The translations under genes were made by a program, and so were the position numbers. From an uncultured Parcubacteria group bacterium (lineage in GTDB: Bacteria; Patescibacteriota; Patescibacteriia; UBA9934; CAMTUG01): a DNA stretch of 64,000 nt. The notes under the pieces were generated by a model, which was not told where the DNA came from, did not search any database, and saw only the letters and a program-made list of their open reading frames with translations. Position 1 is the first letter of the stretch. Each line of letters begins with the position of its first letter. The stretch lies in the NCBI GenBank assembly GCA_947084965.1, contig CAMTUG010000002.1, positions 15,434-79,433 on the forward strand. Direction: 5' to 3'. Positions 19,402 to 28,899 of the stretch are shown here, piece by piece.

Positions 19402-21853
19402 CGATACGGCGCTCGTGGACACGATCGGTCGTGTCGAGATGCGCCCGATCGTCGACGAGATGCAAGAGGCGTACATGAATTACGCCATGTCCGTGATCGT
19501 TGCCCGTGCCTTGCCAGACGTGCGCGACGGGTTAAAGCCGGTGCATCGTCGTATTTTATATTCCATGTGGCAGTCGGGATTGCGCTCGGGGGCGCGGTTT
19601 AAAAAATGTGCCACGGTCGTTGGGGACGTGCTCGGAAAATATCACCCGCACGGCGACAGCGCGGTGTACGATTCCTTGGTGCGCATGGCTCAAGATTTCT
19701 CCTTGCGCTATCCGTTGGTAAATGGACAAGGGAACTTCGGTTCATTGGACGGTGACGCGGCTGCGGCCTACCGTTACACCGAATCCAAATTGACCGCCAT
19801 TGCCGAAGAGATGCTCCTCGACATCGAAAAGGACACGGTGAACTTCATGCCGAACTTTGACGGGTCGCACAAGGAGCCGCGTGTTTTGCCAGCGAAGTTT
19901 CCAAACTTGCTGTTGAATGGAACGCTCGGGATCGCTGTCGGTATGGCAACGAACATTCCACCGCACAATTTGACTGAACTTTGTGATGGGGTAACACACT
20001 TGCTTGATGAACCAGAATGCACCATTGAAGACCTGATGAAGTTTATTAAAGCCCCGGATTTTCCAACGGGCGGGATCATTTATAACGTTCGCGACATTCA
20101 GCAGGCGTATGCGACAGGAAAAGGATCTGTTGATTGCCGGGCCAAGACGGAGATCGTCGAGGGGAAGAACGGTTGGCAGATCATCGTTCATGAAATTCCG
20201 TATCAGGTGAACAAAGCGACGCTTCTTGAGAAGATCGCGGACTTGGTCAACGACAAAAAGATCGAAGGGATCCGTGATTTGCGCGATGAATCAACGCGCG
20301 AAGGGGTACGCATCGTTGTGGATTTAAAGAAGGACGCTTATCCGCAAAAAGTATTGAATCGCCTGTTCCAAACGACTCCGCTTCAACAGGCATTCCACTT
20401 CAATATGCTCGCCCTGGTTGATGGGATTCAACCACGTGTCTTGAATTTGAAGATGATTTTGGAAGAGTACGTCAAACATCGTCTAGAAGTTGTCCGTCGT
20501 CGCACTCAGTACGACTTGGACCGTGCCAAAGATCGCGCTCACATTTTGGAAGGATTGAAGATCGCCCTTTTGAAGATCGACGAGATCATCAAGACGATTA
20601 AGAAATCGAAGGATAAAGAAGAGGCGCGTGTCAATTTGATGAAAGGGTTCCGTTTGTCGGAAATTCAAGCGTCGGCGATTTTGGAGATGCGCTTGCAGCA
20701 GCTCACTAACCTTGATCGATTGAAGGTGGAACAGGAATACGATGAAAAGATGAAGCTGATCGCTGAGCTGGAAGCGATCCTTAAATCCGAAAAGCGGATG
20801 CGGGGGATCATTAAAACCGAAGTCAGTGAGATCAAAGAGAAGTTCGGCGACGAGCGCCGCACCGAGATCGTTAAAAATGGGATCGGTGAATTCAAGATCG
20901 AAGACGTGATTCCGGATGCCCAGACGATCGTGCTCATCACCCGCGACGGCTACATCAAACGCTTGCCGCCAGACACCTTCCGCACCCAAGAGCGCGGAGG
21001 CAAGGGGGTGGCTGGGCTTACCACCAAAGAAGAAGACATCGTTGAATTTACGTTCTCGACCACAACACACAAGGACCTGATGTTCTTCACTTCGCGTGGC
21101 CGTGTCTTCCAGTTGAAAGCGTATGACGTGCCGGAAGCGTCGCGCACGGCCAAGGGACAAGCCTTGGTGAACTTCTTGCAGCTTGGGCCTGGCGAAAAAG
21201 TTTCGGCGGTGTTGTCGCTGGATGAATTGAAATCAACCAAATATTTGGTGATGGTCACCAACAAGGGGACGATCAAAAAGTGTGCCTTGTCAGACTTTGA
21301 AAACGTGCGTCGCTCGGGGCTCATCGCCATTAAATTGAAGGACGGTGATAACTTGGAGTGGGTGAAGCCATCTACGGGCACAGACGACATGATTCTCGTG
21401 ACCAGCAACGGCCAGTCTGTTCGCTTTAGTGAAGCAGCTGTACGCCCGATGGGTCGCGTCGCGGCTGGTGTGCGCGGGATCAAGATGAAAGGCCAAGACG
21501 AAGTCGTTGGCATGGACGTGTTGCCGGGCAAAACAAAGGAAGGGGAATATCAGTTGTTGGTGGTGATGCAGAACGGGTTTGGGAAGCGCACCGACGTGAC
21601 CGAATATAAAACCCAAGGCCGCGGCGGATCTGGAATCAAAACAGCGCAGGTGACCAACAAGACCGGGAAGGTCGTCAGTGCCTTTGTGACCCGCGGGAAC
21701 GACGCACGTGATCTCTTTGTCGTTTCCCAAGGCGGCCAGGTGATTCGCACCTCGCTCGCCTCGATCAGCGAAGTCGGCCGCGCCACTCAAGGGGTCCGCG
21801 TGATGCGCTTCAAGGAAGAAGGGGACATCGTCGCTTCGGTGGCGATTATCTAG
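19346..21853 (+). CDS. gyrA: DNA gyrase subunit A
   Basis: [32 protein letters not shown], catalytic Tyr region, C-terminal beta-pinwheel repeats. True start may be the in-frame GTG at 19415, which removes the overlap. Confidence 0.95.
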   Translation: MQKRMQKKRKIQQPKLQTSDTALVDTIGRVEMRPIVDEMQEAYMNYAMSVIVARALPDVRDGLKPVHRRILYSMWQSGLRSGARFKKCATVVGDVLGKYHPHGDSAVYDSLVRMAQDFSLRYPLVNGQGNFGSLDGDAAAAYRYTESKLTAIAEEMLLDIEKDTVNFMPNFDGSHKEPRVLPAKFPNLLLNGTLGIAVGMATNIPPHNLTELCDGVTHLLDEPECTIEDLMKFIKAPDFPTGGIIYNVRDIQQAYATGKGSVDCRAKTEIVEGKNGWQIIVHEIPYQVNKATLLEKIADLVNDKKIEGIRDLRDESTREGVRIVVDLKKDAYPQKVLNRLFQTTPLQQAFHFNMLALVDGIQPRVLNLKMILEEYVKHRLEVVRRRTQYDLDRAKDRAHILEGLKIALLKIDEIIKTIKKSKDKEEARVNLMKGFRLSEIQASAILEMRLQQLTNLDRLKVEQEYDEKMKLIAELEAILKSEKRMRGIIKTEVSEIKEKFGDERRTEIVKNGIGEFKIEDVIPDAQTIVLITRDGYIKRLPPDTFRTQERGGKGVAGLTTKEEDIVEFTFSTTTHKDLMFFTSRGRVFQLKAYDVPEASRTAKGQALVNFLQLGPGEKVSAVLSLDELKSTKYLVMVTNKGTIKKCALSDFENVRRSGLIAIKLKDGDNLEWVKPSTGTDDMILVTSNGQSVRFSEAAVRPMGRVAAGVRGIKMKGQDEVVGMDVLPGKTKEGEYQLLVVMQNGFGKRTDVTEYKTQGRGGSGIKTAQVTNKTGKVVSAFVTRGNDARDLFVVSQGGQVIRTSLASISEVGRATQGVRVMRFKEEGDIVASVAII

Positions 21854-21858
21854 GCCGC

Positions 21859-21887
21859 TTGACCAAAAACGCCTTATCGGCTACACT
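21859..21887 (+). promoter_or_regulatory. sigma70-like promoter (TTGACC-17-TACACT) for rpmF-nusB-rnc
   Basis: TTGACC 21859-21864, 17-nt spacer, TACACT 21882-21887; ~150-nt leader before rpmF. Confidence 0.5.
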
Positions 21888-22046
21888 TTCCCCGTTCTTG
21901 AACATCATTATTGGACTTTGAAAAACTGATGGGTTTTCGTTGAACGGGTGTCCAGCCCACGAGGCGTACTGAAAACGTACGACGACTGGGTGGACGGGAC
22001 CCGTGAAACGAAAAGACGCAGTTTTGCAAAGGACACAAAAAGTCCT

Positions 22047-22274
22047 ATGGGTTTGCCAATGAATCGCCACAGCAAGCATCGCACGCGTACGCGTCGAGCC
22101 CATCACGCCTTAACCGTGGTCCAGGTCACCACCTGCACCAAGTGTAAGACGGAAGTGCTCCCGCACCGTGTTTGCAAAGTCTGTGGCACCTACAACGGTC
22201 GTCAGGTTTTGAATGTCGATAAAGCGGTTGGGAAGAAACTGAAGAAGTCGGCTCCTGCCAAAAAGGAAGCGTAA
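22047..22274 (+). CDS. rpmF: 50S ribosomal protein L32 (with C-terminal Lys-rich tail)
   Basis: [18 protein letters not shown] plus CxxC...C..C zinc ribbon ([23 protein letters not shown]); start may be 22059. Confidence 0.75.
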   Translation: MGLPMNRHSKHRTRTRRAHHALTVVQVTTCTKCKTEVLPHRVCKVCGTYNGRQVLNVDKAVGKKLKKSAPAKKEA

Positions 22275-22308
22275 TCGCTTCTTTTTTGCTACAATTCACT
22301 CGTTCTTT

Positions 22309-22776
22309 ATGTCCAATCGGCACCTTTCGCGCACGATCAGCATGCAGTCGCTCTATGAGTGGGATTTTTTGGGTCAACCAGAAGGTCGGCTTCCAGAGAT
22401 CATTGCGTACAATAAAACAGAGTTTGCCCCGGATTTTAATGACGCGGGGTATATTGAAGAGACGGTCATGGCCGTGGCCAAAGAGCAGGATGCGCTGGAT
22501 GCGGTTATCACCCAGTTCGCCCCGGACTGGCCGATTGAAAACATGACGGTCATTGATCGCAACATCTTGCGCTTGGGGACGTACGAACTCAAATTCAATC
22601 AAGCGATTCCGTCGAAGGTGGCGATTAATGAAGCGATTGAACTCGCCAAAACGTTCGGGGGCGATGCTTCGGGGAAGTTTGTGAACGGGGTGCTTGGGGC
22701 GATCTTCAAAGACATGGTAGCCAAGGGGGAAGGAAAAGGAGTCGATCAGGAAAAACAGGAGGAAAGCGGTAAGTAG
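22309..22776 (+). CDS. nusB: transcription antitermination factor NusB
   Basis: 155 aa; [14 protein letters not shown] and [10 protein letters not shown] motifs. Confidence 0.85.
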   Translation: MSNRHLSRTISMQSLYEWDFLGQPEGRLPEIIAYNKTEFAPDFNDAGYIEETVMAVAKEQDALDAVITQFAPDWPIENMTVIDRNILRLGTYELKFNQAIPSKVAINEAIELAKTFGGDASGKFVNGVLGAIFKDMVAKGEGKGVDQEKQEESGK

Positions 22777-22797
22777 TAAGTAGAAAGCGGAGATGCT

Positions 22798-23511
22798 ATG
22801 GATCAAATGACTAATCCGATGGAGCGTGATTTTTCCGGGCTCGAGAAATCGATCGGCGTTGTTTTTAAAAATAAGGAGTTGTTGCGCCAAGCGTTGGTGC
22901 ATCGTTCCTATTTGAACGAACATCCAGATTTTCCGATCGGCCACAACGAACGACTGGAGTTTTTGGGCGATGCTGTGCTGGAACTTGTGGTGACGGAGTA
23001 TCTCTACAACACGTATGACAATCCAGAAGGTGAATTGACCAACTGGCGCGCTTCACTGGTGAATGCGGACATGTTGAGCAATATCTGCAAAGCGACGGGT
23101 GCCGAAGATTACCTGTACTTGTCGCGTGGGGAGATGAAGGACGCAGAGTCTAAAGCGCGTCGTTATATTTTGGCCAATGCCTTTGAGGCGATTATTGGGG
23201 CGATCTATCTCGATCAAGGATGGGAGCCGTCGAAAGTGTTTATTACGAACACGGTGCTCGACAAACTCGAATATATTATCGAGCACAAACTGTACATTGA
23301 TCCGAAGAGTCGCTTCCAGGAAGCGGCGCAGTCGCAACTGGGAATCACTCCAAATTATAAAGTCGTGGCTGAAGAAGGTCCGGATCACAACAAGACGTTC
23401 GTCGTTGCGGTCATGGTTGGGAAGGATGAAATCGCGCGCGGGACAGGGACATCAAAACAGGAGGCGCAAATTAGCGCCGCTGAAAAAGCTCTTCAAGTGA
23501 AGGGTTGGTAA
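22798..23511 (+). CDS. rnc: ribonuclease III
   Basis: RNase III signature ERLEFLGDAVLELVVTEYLY plus C-terminal dsRBD. Confidence 0.92.
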   Translation: MDQMTNPMERDFSGLEKSIGVVFKNKELLRQALVHRSYLNEHPDFPIGHNERLEFLGDAVLELVVTEYLYNTYDNPEGELTNWRASLVNADMLSNICKATGAEDYLYLSRGEMKDAESKARRYILANAFEAIIGAIYLDQGWEPSKVFITNTVLDKLEYIIEHKLYIDPKSRFQEAAQSQLGITPNYKVVAEEGPDHNKTFVVAVMVGKDEIARGTGTSKQEAQISAAEKALQVKGW

Positions 23512-24170
23512 TTCTTCGTATGCAAAAGTTTATGGTCGGGGAGGCACTGCGATTCGGCTGGACAGCATTCAAAAAGAACATGGGGTTTTGGATCGGAATC
23601 GTCGTGGTGTATGCGGTGATCGTAGGGATCCCGGCGGGGATTGCCGGGACGATGGATCGTGGTTCCTTGGGGGAGTCCATTTTTAACCTGGTGACGAACG
23701 CACTCGAGGTCTGGCTCGGGATGGGTCTGATGGTGATGAGTTTGAAGGTTGCGGACGGAAAGATGCCGCTTTTCAATGAACTTTTTGCCGGATCAAAACA
23801 TTGGGTGAGCTACGTCGTCTGTACGATCTTGTTGGGGCTCATGACCTTTGCAGGGTTTATTCTTCTGATCGTGCCGGGGATTATCGTGCTTCTTATGTTC
23901 GGTATCGCTCCCTACTTCGTCCTTGATAAGGGGGTAAGCGGTATTGATGCGTTGAAGATGGCGAGGGTGGCGACCAAGGGCCAGCTCGGTACACTCTTTC
24001 TGTATGCGCTTGCCGCGATCGGTCTCCTGATCCTTGGGGCAATCCCGCTCTTGATCGGTTTGCTGTTCGTTGTGCCGACCTTGACCCTCGCCTCTGCCTA
24101 CATGTATCGCAAGTTGTCTGTTGGAGTGACGAAGCCGGTCATGCCGACGGTCGCGACCAAAGCGGTCTAG
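23505..24170 (+). CDS. polytopic membrane protein (DUF975-like architecture)
   Basis: 221 aa, about 5 TM; likely starts at MQKFMVGE (23520). Confidence 0.55.
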   Translation: MVILRMQKFMVGEALRFGWTAFKKNMGFWIGIVVVYAVIVGIPAGIAGTMDRGSLGESIFNLVTNALEVWLGMGLMVMSLKVADGKMPLFNELFAGSKHWVSYVVCTILLGLMTFAGFILLIVPGIIVLLMFGIAPYFVLDKGVSGIDALKMARVATKGQLGTLFLYALAAIGLLILGAIPLLIGLLFVVPTLTLASAYMYRKLSVGVTKPVMPTVATKAV

Positions 24171-24220
24171 AGTTCCAGCAACCCAAAAGAAAAACCGCCA
24201 GCTTCGACTGGTGGTTTTTC

Positions 24221-24296
24221 TGGTGCATCGGGTGGGGATCGAACCCACGACCTTGGGCTTAAGAGGCCCCTGCTCTACCGACTGAGCTACCGATGC
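24221..24296 (-). tRNA. tRNA-Lys (anticodon CTT)
   Basis: Reverse complement gcatcggtagctcagtcggtagagcaggggcctCTTaagcccaaggtcgtgggttcgatccccacccgatgcacca: D-loop, U33-CTT-A37 loop, T-arm ggttcgatcc, CCA. Confidence 0.85.
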
Positions 24297-24353
24297 ATGA
24301 TATGGTTCACTGAAATTTTAGGGATTCATTACGGCGAAAGTATACGAGAACAA

Positions 24354-24382
24354 TTGACGATCGTCAATATTTGCCGTATTCT
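24354..24382 (+). promoter_or_regulatory. promoter for tRNA-Arg (TTGACG-17-TATTCT)
   Basis: -35 24354-24359 within palindrome TTGACGATCGTCAA; 17-nt spacer; -10 24377-24382; predicted TSS ~2 nt before mature tRNA 5' end. Confidence 0.45.
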
Positions 24383-24391
24383 CCGGCTCAC

Positions 24392-24468
24392 GCGAGCGTA
24401 GCTCATTTGGATAGAGCGCCTGGCTTCGAACCAGGAGGTAGGGGGTTCAAATCCCTCCGCTCGCACCA
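24392..24468 (+). tRNA. tRNA-Arg (anticodon TCG)
   Basis: gcgagcgtagctcatttggatagagcgcctggctTCGaaccaggaggtagggggttcaaatccctccgctcgcacca; followed by terminator aaaaagatccgtcctcatggacggatcttttt. Confidence 0.85.
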
Positions 24469-24522
24469 AAAAGATCCGTCCTCATGGACGGATCTTTTTG
24501 TTCGTGAGAAAATAGTCTCACT

Positions 24523-24717
24523 ATGACAGCACTTCTGATTTTCGGTTTGGCCCTCATTTTTCTTCCGATCATCGGGTTTTTAACGGCGGGATCGATCATG
24601 TTGTACGCTTGTTTGAAAGATGACGGTGGCGATAAGATTTTTCCAGGGATCACCGCGTCCATTGTGTCGGGAATCGTAGTCGTGATTATTTGGGGGGTCT
24701 TGGAGTACGTCGTTTAG
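24523..24717 (+). CDS. possible small 2-TM membrane protein (64 aa)
   Basis: ORF after the tRNA-Arg terminator; hydrophobic; low support. Confidence 0.3.
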   Translation: MTALLIFGLALIFLPIIGFLTAGSIMLYACLKDDGGDKIFPGITASIVSGIVVVIIWGVLEYVV

Positions 24718-25505
24718 ACTTCAGCAAATGTCGTGACATACATGAAGGCGATGCTCAGGAAGAAGACGACCCCTTGCTCGATACGCACCTGCGCCGACCC
24801 CTCTTCTTTTAGGTCCGGTAAGAGATTGGTGAGCGCGATATAGAGAAAGGAGCCAGCGGCGAACGGAATGGTGTAGGTCGTCAGGTTTTCTGCATACGGT
24901 TGAGCGAGGAAGACCCCAGTGATCCCGATTAGAATGGTCAGCGCAGCGAAGAAATTCCATCGCAGCGCTCGTTTTTTTTCAAAACCGGCACGCAGCAAGA
25001 CACCAAAGTCGCCGACTTCTTGTGGAATTTCATGAAGGAGGGCGGCCAGCGTGGTAAAGAGGCCGAGCGTCGGGCTTACCAGAAAGGCGGAAGCGATAAC
25101 GACCCCATCGGTCACGTTATGGACCATGTCGCCGACGAGGGAAAGAACCCCGACTGGCTTCACGGGGCACGGGCGGCTGCGTTCTGTCTTGGCATGTTCG
25201 TGTCCTTCGTGCAGATGATGACGATGGGGGCCGTGGCAGTGGTACAGCCAGACCGCAGAGTCCAGGATAAAGAAAAATCCGAGACCGACAGCGGCCAGGA
25301 CGAACGTTGGCCCTTCGGCTTCAACGGATTCTGGGAGCAGATGAAAGAGTGCCGTGCCGACGAGAGTTCCGGCGGCGAGCGGAATGACGAAGGTCAAAAA
25401 CCGATCGAGCGTCTTTTCTTTAAAGAGTACGACGCAGACGAATCCGATCAAGGCCATCAAACTGACGGCCAGACCGGCGAGAAGGGCGAGGAGAAATGGG
25501 GGCAT
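24714..25505 (-). CDS. zupT: ZIP-family metal (zinc) transporter ZupT-like
   Basis: HEIPQEVGDFGVLLRAGF signature, His-rich loop HCHGPHRHHLHEGHEH, 8 TM. Confidence 0.85.
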   Translation of the reverse strand: MPPFLLALLAGLAVSLMALIGFVCVVLFKEKTLDRFLTFVIPLAAGTLVGTALFHLLPESVEAEGPTFVLAAVGLGFFFILDSAVWLYHCHGPHRHHLHEGHEHAKTERSRPCPVKPVGVLSLVGDMVHNVTDGVVIASAFLVSPTLGLFTTLAALLHEIPQEVGDFGVLLRAGFEKKRALRWNFFAALTILIGITGVFLAQPYAENLTTYTIPFAAGSFLYIALTNLLPDLKEEGSAQVRIEQGVVFFLSIAFMYVTTFAEV

Positions 25506-25507
25506 AG

Positions 25508-25906
25508 TTATGTGCAGTAATTACAGAAGCCTCGGAAGATTGTGTTGTGGCTCGTGACTCTCATCTTCGTAAGTTTGGGTTTTGGTTCAGGACAGGGGAC
25601 GCAGAGGAGGGAGTCACACTTTTGACAGCGCAGATGATCGTGATGGTCGTCTGTGGGGCGTTCATAGAACGCCTCACCGTTGTCGATGGTGGCAACTTCA
25701 AGGAATCCTTTTTCTTTCAGGTGTTGGAGATTTCGGTGCGCTGTGGAAAGATCGCCCCAGGTTGCTCCGAGTGTTCTCCAGAGTTGTTTGGCGCTCCAAG
25801 CACGTTTTGGGGTCAGGAGTTTTTCCACGAGGGCATGTTTTTGATCCGTCCTCCGCTCAGAGAGTTCGATGAAGAGCTCTTCGATGTCACAATAGTGTTC
25901 ATCCAT
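25508..25906 (-). CDS. zur: Fur-family metalloregulator, probably Zur
   Basis: Winged-helix N-terminus, HHDHLRCQKC and C-terminal CxxC; co-transcribed with ZIP transporter. Start trimmed to MDEHYCD (25906), placing a palindromic box ~30 bp upstream. Confidence 0.75.
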   Translation of the reverse strand: MDEHYCDIEELFIELSERRTDQKHALVEKLLTPKRAWSAKQLWRTLGATWGDLSTAHRNLQHLKEKGFLEVATIDNGEAFYERPTDDHHDHLRCQKCDSLLCVPCPEPKPKLTKMRVTSHNTIFRGFCNYCT

Positions 25907-25932
25907 AGTGTTCAAAATAATACCTTTGATTA

Positions 25933-25956
25933 TTATTGCAAATGTATTTGCAATAA
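25933..25956. promoter_or_regulatory. putative Zur/Fur operator 1 (attaTTGCAAATGTATTTGCAAtaa)
   Basis: 18-bp near-perfect palindrome immediately upstream of zur. Confidence 0.5.
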
Positions 25957-26030
25957 GCAAGAGCAGATTGTTGCCTTGTCCACAGGCCCGTCATAATTGG
26001 TTAATAAAGCGTCGCTTTTTGCTATAAAGT

Positions 26031-26054
26031 TACTGCAAATACATTTGCAATAAG
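26031..26054. promoter_or_regulatory. putative Zur/Fur operator 2 (tacTGCAAATACATTTGCAAtaag)
   Basis: Reverse-complement copy of operator 1, ~55 bp upstream of the YibE/F gene; -10-like TACAAT at 26093-26098. Confidence 0.5.
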
Positions 26055-26107
26055 AAAACACGCTATTTTTTTCTAGACACACCCAACTCTGCTACAATAC
26101 CTCACAT

Positions 26108-27187
26108 ATGAAGCACGCCACGATCCTTACGGCCGCGATTCTTTCCTTGTTTACATGGACCCTCCCCGTTTATGCCCATGGTACGGGTCATACAGAGCCG
26201 ATCACAGAAGTAGCTCGCGGCGAAGTAGTCGGAGTGATTGAGGAGGATCTTGAGCTACTTCCGCCGTATCAGGTGGTCGATGTACGTGTCCTTGATGGGA
26301 CATTTATCGACGAGGTCATTCGCGTCGATTCGCGTGAGATGGGAGGGGAGCCTCGGGTAGTCGTTGAAGCAGGTGATCGCGTCGTTTTACAAGTGACGGA
26401 GAACGTCCTCGGGGAGGTGCTGGCGTTTATTGTCGACGCTGATCGTCGATCGGCTTTGTATTGGATGCTCGGGGCCCTGATCATCGGATCATTGCTCGTC
26501 GGCGGTAAGCGCGGACTCGGATGGATCGTGGGTCTCGCGTTCACGATCTGGATTCTGTTTGGCATCATTCTTCCAAACCTTACCGAAGGAGGGGCCCTTA
26601 CCGGCGCAATCCTCGGGACGCTGCTCATCGTCCTCGTCTCTGTGTTTCTTTCGCACGGCTTCAATCGCACCTCCCAAAATTCCGCGCTCGCCATCCTTGG
26701 CGGGGCTGTGGCGGTCGCGGTTCTCTCCAGGGTGTTTGTTTCTATCAGCCATCTCACCGGGATCGGTTCTGAAGAATCCGGGTTTTTATTGATGGAGACG
26801 CCAGGCGCCAATCTCTCCACCCTTCTTCTTGTCGGTATCGTCATCGGCGCCCTTGGCGCCCTTGATGACGTCGCCGTTACTCAGTGCGAAACGGTCGAGC
26901 AGTTGCGTGAGGCTAATCCGCACCTTTCGCCCCGCGAGTTGTATACTCGCGCGATGCGCGTCGGGCACCATCATTTGGGGTCGATCATTAATACGCTCGT
27001 GCTGGCCTACGTTGGCGCGTCGCTCCCGATGTTCGTCCTTCTTTATACCCTGCAGGCAGACCCGATGACGGTCATCGCTTCGGAGCAGGTGATGGAAGAG
27101 ATCGTCCGCACCGTCGTCGGCACCCTTGGCCTGCTGCTGACCGTCCCGATCGCCACCGCCGTTGCCAGTTTCCGTCCCAAGCGCTAG
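26108..27187 (+). CDS. YibE/F-family integral membrane protein with extracytoplasmic N-terminal domain
   Basis: Signal peptide, N-terminal HGTGH motif, ~8 TM, YibE/F-like GALDDVAVTQ region. Confidence 0.65.
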   Translation: MKHATILTAAILSLFTWTLPVYAHGTGHTEPITEVARGEVVGVIEEDLELLPPYQVVDVRVLDGTFIDEVIRVDSREMGGEPRVVVEAGDRVVLQVTENVLGEVLAFIVDADRRSALYWMLGALIIGSLLVGGKRGLGWIVGLAFTIWILFGIILPNLTEGGALTGAILGTLLIVLVSVFLSHGFNRTSQNSALAILGGAVAVAVLSRVFVSISHLTGIGSEESGFLLMETPGANLSTLLLVGIVIGALGALDDVAVTQCETVEQLREANPHLSPRELYTRAMRVGHHHLGSIINTLVLAYVGASLPMFVLLYTLQADPMTVIASEQVMEEIVRTVVGTLGLLLTVPIATAVASFRPKR

Positions 27188-27198
27188 GATGTGGCGGT

Positions 27199-28479
27199 AT
27201 GAAGTATTCAAACCTTTTCGGAAAGACGAACAAGAACGCTCCGCATGATGCTGACTCGGCAAACGCTCGGTTGTTGGTTCAAGGTGGATTTGTGAATCAG
27301 CTCGCGGCGGGGATCTACACCTACATGCCGCTTGGCTTGCGCGTCATCGCCAAGATTAAAAATATCGTGCGCGAAGAGATGAACGCTCTCGGAAGCAACG
27401 AGATTTTGATGCCAGCGCTCATTCCAAAAGATCCGTGGATCACGACCAAGCGCTGGGACGCGATCGACGTGCTGTTCAAACTCGAAGGGGCAGGCGGGAA
27501 GGAATTCGCCCTCGGCCCAACACACGAAGAGGTCGTCACTCCGCTCGTTCAGCAGTACACCCATTCGTATAAAGATCTGCCCGCTTCGGTCTATCAGATT
27601 CAAGATAAGTTTCGTAATGAACCGCGCGCCAAGTCCGGTTTGCTTCGTGGTCGCGAGTTTGCCATGAAGGATATGTACAGCTTCCATCGCAGTGAAGCAG
27701 ACTTGGAGGCGTATTACGAACGGGCACAGGGAGCCTATGCCAACGTCTTCTCCCGTGTCGGGCTTGATGCGATCATCACTGAAGCATCCGGCGGTGTTTT
27801 CTCAAAGTATTCTCATGAGTATCAGGTCGCCACGGAGTTTGGCGAAGACTTGATTTACCTCTGTGGTGCCTGCCGCTTCTCACAGAACCGTGAAATCGCC
27901 ACTGTTAAAGATGGCGATGCCTGTCCGAAGTGCGGGGACGGCAAGATCAAGGAAGTAAAAGCGATCGAAGTTGGTAACATCTTCAAACTCTCTACGCGCT
28001 TTGCCGATGATTTCGGTTTCAACTTCACGGACGAAACGGGAAAATCTCAGCAAGTTTGGATGGGATGCTACGGGATCGGTATTTCGCGCTTGGCCGGATC
28101 AATTGTTGAGGTCCATCATGATGAAAAAGGGATCATCTGGCCAAAGTCTGTCGCTCCGTTCCAGGTGCACCTGGTGAGCCTGGGTTCAAAAGACGAAACG
28201 GTCCGTGCCCGTGTCCTCGACGTTGTCGAATCTCTTCACGCTGATCTTGAGAAAGCTGGTGTTGAAGTCCTCTGGGACGATCGCGATGCTTCTCCTGGTG
28301 AAAAGTTTGCGGATGCGGACTTGATCGGTATTCCTCTGCGTATCGTCATTTCAGAAAAGTCCCTTAAAGAGGATTCGGTCGAGTGGAAAGAACGCCACTC
28401 GTCAGAATCAATGTTAGTGAACGTCGCTGCTGCCAAAGAAAAGATCGAGAGCTTTGTCCGCGAGGATGCAGCGAACTAG
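27199..28479 (+). CDS. proS: prolyl-tRNA synthetase (short bacterial type, no INS editing domain; Cys4 insertion)
   Basis: Class II motifs (IVREEMNALG, FRNEPRAKSGLLRGREFAMKD, GCYGIGISRL); CGACRF...CPKCGDG zinc-ribbon-like insertion; anticodon-binding C-terminus. Confidence 0.9.
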   Translation: MKYSNLFGKTNKNAPHDADSANARLLVQGGFVNQLAAGIYTYMPLGLRVIAKIKNIVREEMNALGSNEILMPALIPKDPWITTKRWDAIDVLFKLEGAGGKEFALGPTHEEVVTPLVQQYTHSYKDLPASVYQIQDKFRNEPRAKSGLLRGREFAMKDMYSFHRSEADLEAYYERAQGAYANVFSRVGLDAIITEASGGVFSKYSHEYQVATEFGEDLIYLCGACRFSQNREIATVKDGDACPKCGDGKIKEVKAIEVGNIFKLSTRFADDFGFNFTDETGKSQQVWMGCYGIGISRLAGSIVEVHHDEKGIIWPKSVAPFQVHLVSLGSKDETVRARVLDVVESLHADLEKAGVEVLWDDRDASPGEKFADADLIGIPLRIVISEKSLKEDSVEWKERHSSESMLVNVAAAKEKIESFVREDAAN

Positions 28480-28485
28480 CAGATA

Positions 28486-28520
28486 CCACAAAACGCTCCG
28501 GAATAAGTCCGGAGCGTTTT
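28486..28520. terminator. bidirectional terminator between proS and hup
   Basis: aaaacgctccggaataagtccggagcgtttt, 12-bp stem with T/A tracts both sides. Confidence 0.6.
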
Positions 28521-28530
28521 GGTTTTGGAT

Positions 28531-28866
28531 CTAGGCTGATGGGGTGGAATCGGTGGATGGCGCTGGTTCATTCATTGCCACTTTGCGCTTGCCTTTCAAG
28601 GCGTCCTTGAGCGCTTTGCCGGCTTTGAATTTTGGCACCACGACCGATGGAATGCTGATCGTTTCGGTCGGGTTCTGCGGGTTGACCCCTTTGCGGCCAG
28701 CGCGCGTACGAGCCGAGAAGGTGCCGAAGCCAGCGATCGTCACTTCGCCCCCGCGGACGAGTTCAGCGGTGATGATATCTTCAACAAGTTCGACGATCTG
28801 GTCCCCGGTCTTTTTCGGTAAGTTCAGCTTTTCCGCAACCCGAGTGGCAAGTTCTGCCTTGTTCAT
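28531..28866 (-). CDS. hup: DNA-binding protein HU with C-terminal basic extension
   Basis: MNKAELATRVAEKLNL...GFGTFSARTRAGRKGVNPQNPTETISIPSVVVPKFKAGKALKD. Confidence 0.85.
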   Translation of the reverse strand: MNKAELATRVAEKLNLPKKTGDQIVELVEDIITAELVRGGEVTIAGFGTFSARTRAGRKGVNPQNPTETISIPSVVVPKFKAGKALKDALKGKRKVAMNEPAPSTDSTPSA

Positions 28867-28899
28867 ACGTGTGGATTAATTGCTCTCAGTTTAGCAGAT

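Noticed and set aside
21846-22106. 86-aa minus ORF overlapping the rpmF promoter and leader
   Set aside because: Overlaps the promoter and the L32 start on the opposite strand; no support.
25907-25960. Longer Zur start (25960) from the ORF track
   Set aside because: The extension would encode hydrophobic MLIANTFAIIIKGIILNT and cover the palindromic operator; Fur-family alignment favours MDEHYCDIEE.
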